Source: Candidatus Poribacteria bacterium (GTDB taxonomy: Bacteria > Poribacteria > WGA-4E > JAJDTR01). Taken from it: 64,000 nt of DNA. The translations under genes were made by a program, and so were the position numbers. Each line of letters begins with the position of its first letter. The first letter of the stretch is position 1. The stretch is taken from positions 1,600,001 through 1,664,000 of the forward strand of contig CBDCTK010000002.1 of the NCBI GenBank assembly GCA_965222225.1, given 5' to 3'. Of the stretch, positions 54,035 through 63,078 are shown piece after piece. The notes below the pieces were generated by a model. It ran no database searches and was not told where the DNA came from. It saw only the letters and a list, made by a program, of their open reading frames with translations.

Positions 54035-54098
54035 AGCAAAGTGACAAGAGATGGCACCAACAGTCAAGCGTCTGACGGCAAAACCTCCCCCGTTCTAG

Positions 54099-54566
54099 TC
54101 ACCGAGGGAGTCGCCGCACCCATAGCGCCAACGCCAAATTCATCCCGCCGACGAACCCGAAAACATACGATTGAAACCCCGCCAAGATGCCGTAGGTTTG
54201 CCGAATCATTAATCCAAAGAGTATCGGCATACCGAGTGCGAGCATCACAAAAATGGTTGTACCTTTCGCCCCCCTCGCATCCCAAAATGTAATCTCTCGT
54301 GCCAAGACTCGCATGTAATCTCGTTCCCACATTCGTGTCGTCCATTTTCCCTGTATGAAACCGAGAACCACCCCCGCGGCGAAGCCGACGCCACACCAAC
54401 TCGTGTCGACGCGACTTAGATTGACGGCGGCAGTCCATGCAATCTGACCTACCACCGAAACCACGATGAAGGAGACCAAAATCGGAAGTTGCATGTAAAA
54501 GGGTAGGTGGCGGCGGTGAAGTTTTTCTGGTTGATTTGCCGCTTTTTTCCTTAACGAGAGTTCCAC
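54099..54566 (-). CDS. Hypothetical four-TM membrane protein
   Basis: GTG start with AAAGGA RBS and four hydrophobic segments. Confidence 0.7.
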   Translation of the reverse strand: MELSLRKKAANQPEKLHRRHLPFYMQLPILVSFIVVSVVGQIAWTAAVNLSRVDTSWCGVGFAAGVVLGFIQGKWTTRMWERDYMRVLAREITFWDARGAKGTTIFVMLALGMPILFGLMIRQTYGILAGFQSYVFGFVGGMNLALALWVRRLPR

Positions 54567-54685
54567 TTTCCGTCCTTTCACAAGACAGAGGGAAATGATG
54601 CGTAATGCGTGAAATGTGAAAAATGTGTAGTGGTCAAGTAGAATACAGCAGACCACTCGAAACTCTTGGCTTTTGCGCTCCGGAG

Positions 54686-54842
54686 GATTAAAGGAGCGAA
54701 CGGATCAAGCGAGATCAAATGAGCGAATAGCGATCAACTGAGTGGATAGCGAAAGAGCAACTGACCGATAGGGAAGGCGGTAGAGATCCCATAGCAAATC
54801 CCATAGTGAGGGCGATAGTAAATCCCGTCCGATAGAGATCCC
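54686..54842 (+). repeat. Nested cluster of mini-element units
   Basis: Left ends at 54703, 54713, 54732 and 54755 (degenerate one at 54686); right ends ..ATCCC at 54790, 54802, 54826 and 54842. Confidence 0.85.
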
Positions 54843-55078
54843 GACATGAATCGGGAGAAGCAAGTTGGTAATGGTCAATAGATAACGCAAACCCGCCTTG
54901 AAACCGATTCTTTATTGATAGGCGCTGTCGGTCCGCAGTACCGGCACAATGTGTCAACCATCTCCTTGACTAATACAGAAGTGCGAAAAGAGGCTAGCTT
55001 CGGAAAGGAAATAGCGTGTGCTATTTCAAGCCGGAACACGTAGTCGTTTGAGATTTGCAAGTCTATCAACCCTCAGTC

Positions 55079-55864
55079 CTACGAAAAGTTTTGCTGAACG
55101 AAAGCAACAGCATTCTGAAAAATGTCAAATCCGTCCCCTTTCTCGGGGAGATTTTCGCGTGTCCAGTGCGGATGGTTTAGCCGTGTGAGAAAACGTTCCG
55201 GGTGAGGCATCATACCAAAGATTCGACCAGTGGGGTCGCAGATGCCAGCGATTTGAAGATCGGATCCATTTGGATTATCGGGATACAAAGGGGACTCTCC
55301 ATCCGGAGCCACATAGCGAAACACCACTTGCCGATTAGATTCAAGCCGATCTAGAATCTGATTAGGTGCTGTGAAACGTCCTTCGGCATGAGCAATTGGG
55401 AGATAAATCCTGCGCTTTAGCCCATGCGTGAAAGCACAGGAAGTTTCCTGTGTTTCCAAGTACACCCATCGGCATTCAAACTTAGCGGAGGTATTCAAAG
55501 CTAAAGTTGCTTCTTGTTCGATTTGCGCGTTGAGTCCCGGAAGTAGACCAGCCCGGACCAACACTTGAAATCCGTTGCAGATTCCGATGATTAGTTTCCC
55601 CGAATCAACGAAATCTCTTAGGACATTCCCGAGTTTGTGTTTTATCTCATTCGCCAGCAGTATCCCCGCCGCGACATCGTCGCCGTAAGAGAATCCGCCA
55701 GGGATGGCGAGGATGTGATACCCGTTCAGATCTGTACGACCTGAAATTAGTCGATTGATGTGAATCAGCGCTGTCTCCGCGCCAGCAAGTTGAAAGGCGT
55801 ATTCGGTTTCGTAATCGCAGTTAGTGCCTGCCGTGCGAAGGACTAAAACTTTTCGTGCCAACAT
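55079..55864 (-). CDS. purQ: FGAM synthase glutaminase subunit PurQ
   Basis: GTNCD, PGGFSYGD, GICNGFQ and MMPHPER motifs. Confidence 0.96.
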   Translation of the reverse strand: MLARKVLVLRTAGTNCDYETEYAFQLAGAETALIHINRLISGRTDLNGYHILAIPGGFSYGDDVAAGILLANEIKHKLGNVLRDFVDSGKLIIGICNGFQVLVRAGLLPGLNAQIEQEATLALNTSAKFECRWVYLETQETSCAFTHGLKRRIYLPIAHAEGRFTAPNQILDRLESNRQVVFRYVAPDGESPLYPDNPNGSDLQIAGICDPTGRIFGMMPHPERFLTRLNHPHWTRENLPEKGDGFDIFQNAVAFVQQNFS

Positions 55865-55885
55865 ACCTCCGTATGCATTTACGTA

Positions 55886-58315
55886 TTATCCACTCTCGCG
55901 GAAGGTGTTCTGCCAAGCCTCTTTCAGTTGGTGAATCTGCGTCTCCACAACTGTTTCCCCGCCGATGCCCTTGATGACGAAATCCGATTGTTCGATAATC
56001 CTTCCAATACAACGACACGGCACGCCCTCCATGCGTTCTTCGAATGCGGCGCGATTCTCACGCGGGACTTCGACGATGAATCGGCTGTTAGATTCAGCAA
56101 AAAGGAGAACATCATCAGTTGTAACCTTTGAATCACGCGGCACGCTCGTCAGATCGAGTTCCATCCCGAATCCTCCGGAGAACGCCATTTCCGCGGCGGC
56201 AACACCGATGCCCCCTTCGGAGCAATCGTGGCAGGAGTTAATCAACCGCTCCTCAGCCGTGCGACTCAACGCCGTCATCGTGTGCTTCCCTTCATCTGGT
56301 CGAACAATCGGAACACTGTTCCCGACGAATCCGTGTATATCGTAATAGTGCGAGCCCCCGAGTTCGCGATAGGTTTTCCCGAGGACATAAATCAGGCTCC
56401 CCGGTGATTTGGCGTCCATCGTGATTGCCCTCGTCACATCAGGAATAACACAGCAAGCCGAGATTAACAGCGTTGACGGAATAGCGAGTTGTTTGCCTGT
56501 GGTGGTATCGCGGTATTCGTTGTAGAGACTGTCCTTTCCAGAAATGAAAGGGGTCCCGTAGGCGGTCGCGATGTCGTAGCAGGCCTTTGCCGCACGCACA
56601 AGCCCGCCGAGGCGGTCAGGTTTGTCGGGGTTCCCCCAACTAAAGTTATCAAGCAGTGCCGTATATTCAAGCTTCCCACCGACAGCAATGATATTGCGAA
56701 GCGCTTCATCAATTGCGGCAGCCGCGCTGTGATATGGGTCTATCTCGCTGTATTTGGGATTGATCCCGTTCGAGACGATAATCCCCTTACGTGAGCCGAG
56801 GACAGGTGTAACGATACAGGCATCGCTTGGCCCGTCGTTCTCTACGCCAACAAGCGGTTTGAGGACAACCCCTCCCTGTACCTCGTGATCGTACTGTCGG
56901 ATGACCCATTCCTTGCTTGCAATATTGGGGCTCCCAAGAATTGTGCAGAGATCTCGTGTAAAATCTGCAACCTTGCTGGCACCTGACACTCTATTTTCAC
57001 CGGTGACGACCGTCGCATCGGGCGGCTCTGGAAAACATGGCATCTCCCAGACTGCCTTCTTGGTAGGTGTTGGCAGCCCTTCATGCAAGAAGTGCATATC
57101 CAACTCTGCGGCAAGTTTCCCGTCATAGGACACACGCAACTTTTGGCTATCCGTAAACTCTCCAAGCACTGTGGCTTCAACCAATTCAGCTTCGCACAAC
57201 TCCATCATTGCTGCAACGTTCTCCGGGGGCAGTGCCAACACCATCCGTTCTTGTGCCTCCGAAAGCCAGATTTCCCACGGAGCGAGTCCTTCGTATTTCA
57301 ACCGCACGTTTTCTAGGTGAACCTCTGCTCCGGTGTCTTTTCCCATCTCGCCGACAGCTGATGAGAATCCGCCAGCGCCGCAGTCGGTAATCGATCGATA
57401 AAGTCCCCGGTCGCGCGCCTCCATCAAAACGTCGACAATCTTCTTCTCCATAATCGGGTTACCAATCTGTACAACACTGCCTAGGCTCTCGGAGGCGTCA
57501 TCCAGTTCCAGAGAGGAGAACGTTGCCCCATGGATGCCATCACGCCCTGTGCGGCCTCCGACCGCGAGAATCAGATCGCCGGGATGTACGGATTTCTCGC
57601 ACCGATCTCTTGGAATCAATCCGACATTGCCGCAGAAGACCAGTGGATTGCCTGTAAACCGTGAGTCGAACAGAATTGCGCCGTTCGCAGTAGGGATGCC
57701 CATGCGATTGCCGTAATCCCGTACTCCGGCGACAACACCTTTGAAGACACGCCTAGGGTGGAGGCATCCTGTGGGAAGTTGGTTATAAGCTAAATCCAAC
57801 GGACCGAAGCAAAACACGTCGGTGTTCAGAATCGGTTTTGCGCCGAGGCCCGTGCCAAGAGAATCCCGAATGACGCCTCCGATTCCTGTACCGGCGCCGC
57901 CATAAGGCTCGATTGCGGAGGGATGATTGTGGGTTTCGACCTTGAACGTAATGTTATAATCATCGTCAAATTCTATGATTCCCGCATTGTCAACAAAGAC
58001 TGAAACACACCAGTCCTTGTTGATTTCCTCTGTTGCGCGGCGAATGAATGAATTGAACAGTCCGTCAATGATTTCAACTGTCCCGCCGTTCTCCGTGTAC
58101 TCAATTCGACTTTTGAAGGTTTTGTGAACGCAGTGCTCCGACCAAGTTTGCGCGATTGTCTCTATTTCAACGTCCGTTGGTTCTCGACCTTGTCGGGCGA
58201 AATAACTCTGAATCGCTTTCATTTCGGGGTGGTTGAGCGACAACAGGCCTTCGCGACTAATTCGAATCAATTCCGCCTCGTCGACTTTTCGAATGGGAAT
58301 GTGCTTAACGTCCAT
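55886..58315 (-). CDS. purL: FGAM synthase subunit PurL
   Basis: WSEHCVHK, KVETHNHPS, GRDGIHGA and SEAQERM motifs. Confidence 0.97.
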   Translation of the reverse strand: MDVKHIPIRKVDEAELIRISREGLLSLNHPEMKAIQSYFARQGREPTDVEIETIAQTWSEHCVHKTFKSRIEYTENGGTVEIIDGLFNSFIRRATEEINKDWCVSVFVDNAGIIEFDDDYNITFKVETHNHPSAIEPYGGAGTGIGGVIRDSLGTGLGAKPILNTDVFCFGPLDLAYNQLPTGCLHPRRVFKGVVAGVRDYGNRMGIPTANGAILFDSRFTGNPLVFCGNVGLIPRDRCEKSVHPGDLILAVGGRTGRDGIHGATFSSLELDDASESLGSVVQIGNPIMEKKIVDVLMEARDRGLYRSITDCGAGGFSSAVGEMGKDTGAEVHLENVRLKYEGLAPWEIWLSEAQERMVLALPPENVAAMMELCEAELVEATVLGEFTDSQKLRVSYDGKLAAELDMHFLHEGLPTPTKKAVWEMPCFPEPPDATVVTGENRVSGASKVADFTRDLCTILGSPNIASKEWVIRQYDHEVQGGVVLKPLVGVENDGPSDACIVTPVLGSRKGIIVSNGINPKYSEIDPYHSAAAAIDEALRNIIAVGGKLEYTALLDNFSWGNPDKPDRLGGLVRAAKACYDIATAYGTPFISGKDSLYNEYRDTTTGKQLAIPSTLLISACCVIPDVTRAITMDAKSPGSLIYVLGKTYRELGGSHYYDIHGFVGNSVPIVRPDEGKHTMTALSRTAEERLINSCHDCSEGGIGVAAAEMAFSGGFGMELDLTSVPRDSKVTTDDVLLFAESNSRFIVEVPRENRAAFEERMEGVPCRCIGRIIEQSDFVIKGIGGETVVETQIHQLKEAWQNTFRESG

Positions 58316-58519
58316 ACAGTTCCTTTAGCGGAGACACACAGGAAACAGGGGTAACGGGTTGGCTGGATCGAAACATAAAGGCGCAAAAACACCACACAGT
58401 GTTATAGCAGCATGACACTCCTCATGAAACGGAGTCTCTAGTGACAGCATCAGGTTACACCTGACGCATTTGTAAGACTAAAATCTGCCAACTACCGATT
58501 GTCATTGACATACGCGTTT

Positions 58520-58548
58520 AGTATAACAGATAACCTATTCCAGATCAA
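58520..58548 (-). promoter_or_regulatory. Putative purLQ promoter
   Basis: Minus strand TTGATC-17 nt-TATACT with extended -10 TG. Confidence 0.5.
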
Positions 58549-58621
58549 TCCAAAGTCTGCCGGGCAACGGCCCATCACTTCGCCATATTTTTGGCAATCT
58601 TGCTTGTCTGCAATCTCTACC

Positions 58622-58648
58622 AACAATGTCCAATTTTTGGACATTGTT
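58622..58648. repeat. Perfect 12-bp inverted repeat
   Basis: AACAATGTCCAA-TTT-TTGGACATTGTT. Confidence 0.8.
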
Positions 58649-58653
58649 TACAT

Positions 58654-58699
58654 AAAAAAAGCACCATGCAAAGTCGCAGGAGCGTCTTCAACATGGTGC
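58654..58699 (-). terminator. Probable intrinsic terminator of the 58761..58997 ORF
   Basis: GCACCATG...CATGGTGC stem followed by T7 on the minus strand. Confidence 0.6.
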
Positions 58700-58760
58700 C
58701 TGTTCTGAATTTCCGGTTAGATGTTCTTGTTTTTCTTGATTGTTCTTGTTTTTCTTGGTC

Positions 58761-58997
58761 TCAAACAGTTGCGTTCGGCGCCGTTTCCAGCCGCGCAATG
58801 GCACGGTGGACCTCGGCCTTAGGATCTAACGATTGACCATTGCTCAATTGTACTTTCAGATTCGACAGAGCAGCTTTCGCAGCCTCCAGGCGGAAAAGAG
58901 CATTCTCGCGCCGACATCCCTTGAGCGTGTTAGTGACAATTCTCCGGCGATCCGAGGAAATTCTTGAAACCAATTCCTGATATTTTTGAAGTCTCAT
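58761..58997 (-). CDS. Small basic hypothetical protein (78 aa)
   Basis: AAGGAGGA RBS and downstream terminator; family not recognised. Confidence 0.6.
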   Translation of the reverse strand: MRLQKYQELVSRISSDRRRIVTNTLKGCRRENALFRLEAAKAALSNLKVQLSNGQSLDPKAEVHRAIARLETAPNATV

Positions 58998-59138
58998 GGT
59001 TGATTTCCTCCTTATTGTACTCAAGTTGTTGAATAGTATTGCATGAATTATGCCAATCTTTCTTGTCACATTTTAGAGCCAGTTTGATTACTAGGTAGCA
59101 AAGCGGATCATGGAAGAATGCAAGAACGGAAGTGCATG

Positions 59139-59225
59139 GAGAAACCGAACGGATAGTGAGAGATCGAGCGACTGTAAAAGGAGAGCGATAATGTCCCATA
59201 GAAATTCCCGTGCGATAGAGACCCA
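59139..59225 (+). repeat. Degenerate nested cluster of mini-element units
   Basis: Inner unit 59162-59197 sits inside host halves 59139-59161 and 59198-59209; an extra right half lies at 59210-59225. Confidence 0.7.
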
Positions 59226-59497
59226 CTCCGAATCTCGCCCACCCGTTGCTGCGTAAGTCCCATTGAAACAAAAACCGTTTCTAATAAAATAGTAAGCCCG
59301 GAAATTATGCAAACCCATTTGCGCGTCATGATAGTATTTCGTTCAATCGTTAAATATTTGAATTGAGCCGAACCACGGGAAAATCCCGACCGAGTATGGG
59401 GTAAGGCAAGAATCTTCGCCTTCCATCGGTTAGACAAATGACGAGAAGAAAAGTTCGCACTGCCCAATAGGGAAATAACCAAGGACTTCGTTTAATA

Positions 59498-60490
59498 ACC
59501 AATGGTGCTAGTTTGAAATTTGGAGGTTAATAAGCATAACATTCCCTTTTGGCTTTGCTTTAACGCGAAAGGTATCAGGGCATGAGACGATTTCCTCGAT
59601 TCTACCGTTAATTTGAGTATCGGTAGCTATCAAATAACGGGAGGAAATCTAGACTCATGACCATAGTAGATTTTATCACAGAACTGTTTTGTTGTGTTGA
59701 TGATAAACTCTCACAGCACGGTAAAAACCATAAGCATAGCCAAGCCAAACTTTATCCGTCTGAAGTGGTTACCATTGCCATGCTCTTTGCGCTCAAGGGT
59801 GTGGGTAATCGAGCCTCCTATCGCTGGATAGCGAACAATTTCAAATCCTTATTTCCGATGTTACCCGAGCGTACCCGATTGTTCCGCTTATTCGACGGGC
59901 ATCAACATCTCATTGACGTTTTTATGGCGAATCCTTCGCTTATCGGTGGAATTGACACGTACGGTATTGAATTGATTCACCCGCGCCGAGAAGGGCGCTC
60001 TAAACGTCAAATCGGACGCAAAGGCATTTCCAACCAACGATGGATTGTAGGTGGAAAACTTTGCTTGCTACACAATCATCTCGGACTGATTGTCAACTGG
60101 GACTGCGACACTGCCAATGTACATGATGGGAGTGCCTTCCAACATCTCGTTGATGGGGTCAGTGACCAGATGGTTGTTTTGCCGATGTAAATTTCGCCAA
60201 AGCGGATTGGTTCCCTTCCAACTTGCGTCTGTGCCGACGTGGCGAGTGGAATTCTCGGATGCTGCGAGTGGAATTCTCGGATGCTGGTAGAAACGATTTT
60301 GTCCATGTTGACGCTAGTGTGCCATTTTAAGAAAGTCATGCACCGTCGTTGGAGTTACTTCAAAACGCGAGTCGGCTTTACAATGGCTTTGGTCAATCTC
60401 TTGGTACAGTGGAATGGATTGTCGATTGACGACGATGGCTTTGTGCCTCTGTCAATAGCTCAATTCAGTCTCTAAACTAGCACCAAAGGT
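59498..60490 (+). mobile_element. IS982-like insertion sequence
   Basis: IR ACCAATGGTGCTAGTTT versus reverse complement ACCTTTGGTGCTAGTTT, 5-bp direct repeat TAATA, 993 bp long. Confidence 0.8.
59657..60475 (+). pseudogene. IS982-like DDE transposase pseudogene
   Basis: LFCCVDD, KLYPSEVVT, IDT, ANVHD and VET motifs; -1 frameshift near 60180 and a 22-bp tandem duplication at 60242-60285. Confidence 0.8.
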
Positions 60491-61047
60491 TAATATGATT
60501 ACTCTAGAGCTTGATTGGAAATCCATCTTTTGTAGCATCATTCGCCTCAAGACCAAGTTTTTCTTCGGCACTCGACAAGATGGCGCAGGAATTCTATCTT
60601 TATTTGATTATTGAAGATCCCTACTCATTTGCAATCAGGGGAAACTAACATGCCTCATGTTTCTCTCAGTATTACATGATTACATGTTGCATAGAGTCAA
60701 GCCAAGAGGGGAAACCCACGAGTTGATGAACACCGATTGGTTTGATGATTGTCGATTGTGTGCGATAAACGTCGAGTTTCACTCGAATTACGTTACTCTT
60801 GACGGAATGAAACCTCGAAAGCTCTCCTTCCGCGTGAGACTTCTCAGAGATTTCCGTCAACCCAACCTACGTACTCACGTTTTCTCGTTTTCGCATTGTG
60901 TGCGCGTCCGGTCCACAGCGCGGTAGAGGATGACTCTACAACCATAAATTAGACGCGGTTGCCCTGCTCTATATCCCTTTTTCGGTGGTGCAATGCGGTG
61001 TTTCGTGTTACACTAATTTTTTATCATATCTTAGGAGAATATGCACA

Positions 61048-61869
61048 ATGGCTTATGAACTTGAGGACGAATTTGGTGACATTATCGGTAAAGCGCGTCG
61101 TGGAAATGGATTGAGCCTGAGCCACGTCGCTAACCAAGCAGGTGTAACAGATGCCCAACTCTCCCAATTGGAGGATTATACGCTTAAACCAACTGAAGGC
61201 CAGGTCCACAAGATCGCGGAGGTACTTGGTCTTGATGGGGCTAAGCTGGCTGACATTGCCATGGAACACTGGGCGCCGGCTCCCCCGGAACTTGATGAAA
61301 AGCTGGATGTTGAGCGAATCTCCGGGGACGTCGGCGGATACCCGGTGAACGCGTACCTGTTAATTTGCAAAACAACCAAGCAAGCGGCTGTTATTGACAC
61401 CGCTGCCCACCCGAATCTTATCCTTAAACGGATAAAGGAGATTGACGTTAAACCGACTGTCATTCTACTGACGCATGCGCATAGCGATCACTCTGATGGT
61501 TTGCCAGAACTGGAAAAGGCGACAAATTGCCCGACATATATTCATGCGAACGAGCCCACGCCTCGCAGCTCTCAACAGTTCCGCACACTCCATCACGGCG
61601 ATGAAGTGTCGGTCGGCGAACTTACGGTAAAGACGCTTGATACGCCGGGACACACGCCGGGCGGGTGTAGCTTCTACGCAGGTACAATTGCGGCAGTGGG
61701 CGATGCGATTTTTGCGGGGTCGGTCGGCGGACCAAAAATCTCCTATGAAGACGAGATTACGAGTGTTCGGAATCACCTGCTCTCGCTTCCGGATGAGGTG
61801 AGACTTTTCCCCGGACACGGTCCATCGACCACAGTTGGTGAAGAGAAGGCGCACAACCCCTTCTTTTGA
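61048..61869 (+). CDS. XRE-type HTH plus MBL-fold metallo-hydrolase fusion
   Basis: KARRGNGLSLSHVA...LSQLE HTH, then THAHSDH, PGHTPG and PGHG motifs. Confidence 0.9.
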   Translation: MAYELEDEFGDIIGKARRGNGLSLSHVANQAGVTDAQLSQLEDYTLKPTEGQVHKIAEVLGLDGAKLADIAMEHWAPAPPELDEKLDVERISGDVGGYPVNAYLLICKTTKQAAVIDTAAHPNLILKRIKEIDVKPTVILLTHAHSDHSDGLPELEKATNCPTYIHANEPTPRSSQQFRTLHHGDEVSVGELTVKTLDTPGHTPGGCSFYAGTIAAVGDAIFAGSVGGPKISYEDEITSVRNHLLSLPDEVRLFPGHGPSTTVGEEKAHNPFF

Positions 61870-61887
61870 ATGCCGACATCGCGACGC

Positions 61888-62117
61888 GTCGGCAATTGGA
61901 GTTCCCCCTCACGGTAGGAGCGATCTCCGAATCGCGACTTGTCGCAAATTGGAATTTCCTCCTACGGTAGGTGCGATCAAGCGAACGATCAACTGAGTGG
62001 ATAGCGAAGGCGATAGCAAATCCCATAGTGACGGGATCGAGCGACTGAATAACGACCGCGATAGAGATCTCAAGGCGATGGAGATCCCATAGAGAATCCA
62101 TTTCTAACCGCACCTAC
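61888..62117. repeat. Cluster of GTAG-type REP-like sequences, the last interrupted by mini-elements
   Basis: Alternating copies at 61888-61912 (-), 61914-61938 (+) and 61941-61965 (-), plus GTAGGTGC[...]AACCGCACCTAC at 61967-62117. Confidence 0.75.
61975..62100 (+). repeat. Nested cluster of mini-element units
   Basis: Complete units at 61987-62024 and 62035-62071 within an outer unit; extra right half at 62072-62088. Confidence 0.85.
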
Positions 62118-62181
62118 ACCCAACACTTACCATATTCTCTTAGAAAATGAACCACTAAATTATCAATTGAAAGGCAGAATT

Positions 62182-63048
62182 ATGAGCGTAAATAGAGCAA
62201 TCGAACTGCTTCAAGAGGGACAACCAATCTATTATACAGGACTGAACTCACTGAGTTACGAAGCTGGCGTCAAAGCCTCACAAACATGGGCAGATTACCT
62301 CATGGTTGAGATGGAACACGGGCTTTACAATGTGCCCGGGCTTCATCAGTTTATGCACGGTCTCGTAGAAGGCGGCCCCACGCGGAGCGGTCATCGCACG
62401 CCGACAGTGATTACGACGCTGCCGGCGGAAGGCACGAATGAAAGCGTGATGCGCGCAAATGCTTGGATGGTTAAACAGGTGCTCGCCTGCGGCGTACACG
62501 GCGTCCTGCTCTGCCATGCCGAAGACCCCGGGGCGGTCAGAGCATTTGTCGAGGCAGCTCGCTATCCGTTCCAGTCTGTTGGTGTGGGAAATGGACTGGA
62601 ACAAGGGCGACGCGGCAACGGCGGACAGGGAAACGCCGCCGCCATTTGGGGAGTGTCGGGGCAGGAATATCTGACCAAAGCCGATGTCTGGCCGCTCAAC
62701 CCGGAAGGTGAACTTATGCTCGGACTAAAGATTGAAAATAGACGTGCACTTGAAAATTCGGAAGCCAGTGCGAGTATTCCCGGCATAGCCTTCGCAGAAT
62801 GGGGCCCCGGGGACATGGGATTTTCGTTCGGTCTGCCTGACGCTCATGACCCGCCTTACACGGAGGAGATGGCGGGAGCGCAGGCGCGAGTGAAAAACGC
62901 TTGTGAATCGGTAAACGTTGCGTTTCTTGACGGGGCTAACCCGGAGAATGTCGCCCGGAGGATTGACGAGGGAGTCAAGATATTGTCCGCCGGTGAGGAA
63001 GCGGCAGAAGTTGGGCGAAAGCACACGAATCGAACGATGCCGTGGTAA
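62182..63048 (+). CDS. HpcH/HpaI aldolase / citrate lyase family protein
   Basis: EMEHG, VKQVLACG, ARYP, KIE and WGPGDMG motifs. Confidence 0.88.
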   Translation: MSVNRAIELLQEGQPIYYTGLNSLSYEAGVKASQTWADYLMVEMEHGLYNVPGLHQFMHGLVEGGPTRSGHRTPTVITTLPAEGTNESVMRANAWMVKQVLACGVHGVLLCHAEDPGAVRAFVEAARYPFQSVGVGNGLEQGRRGNGGQGNAAAIWGVSGQEYLTKADVWPLNPEGELMLGLKIENRRALENSEASASIPGIAFAEWGPGDMGFSFGLPDAHDPPYTEEMAGAQARVKNACESVNVAFLDGANPENVARRIDEGVKILSAGEEAAEVGRKHTNRTMPW

Positions 63049-63078
63049 ATCCTCCGGTTATGATTTCTCGGTAGGAGC

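Noticed and set aside
54703-54842. Mini-element clusters as a CRISPR array
   Set aside because: No identical repeats with unique spacers, units are nested and divergent, and there are no cas genes.
54705-54957. Short ORFs over the repeat clusters (also 59091..59482 and 61757..62113)
   Set aside because: Translations of repeat DNA without RBS or protein motifs.
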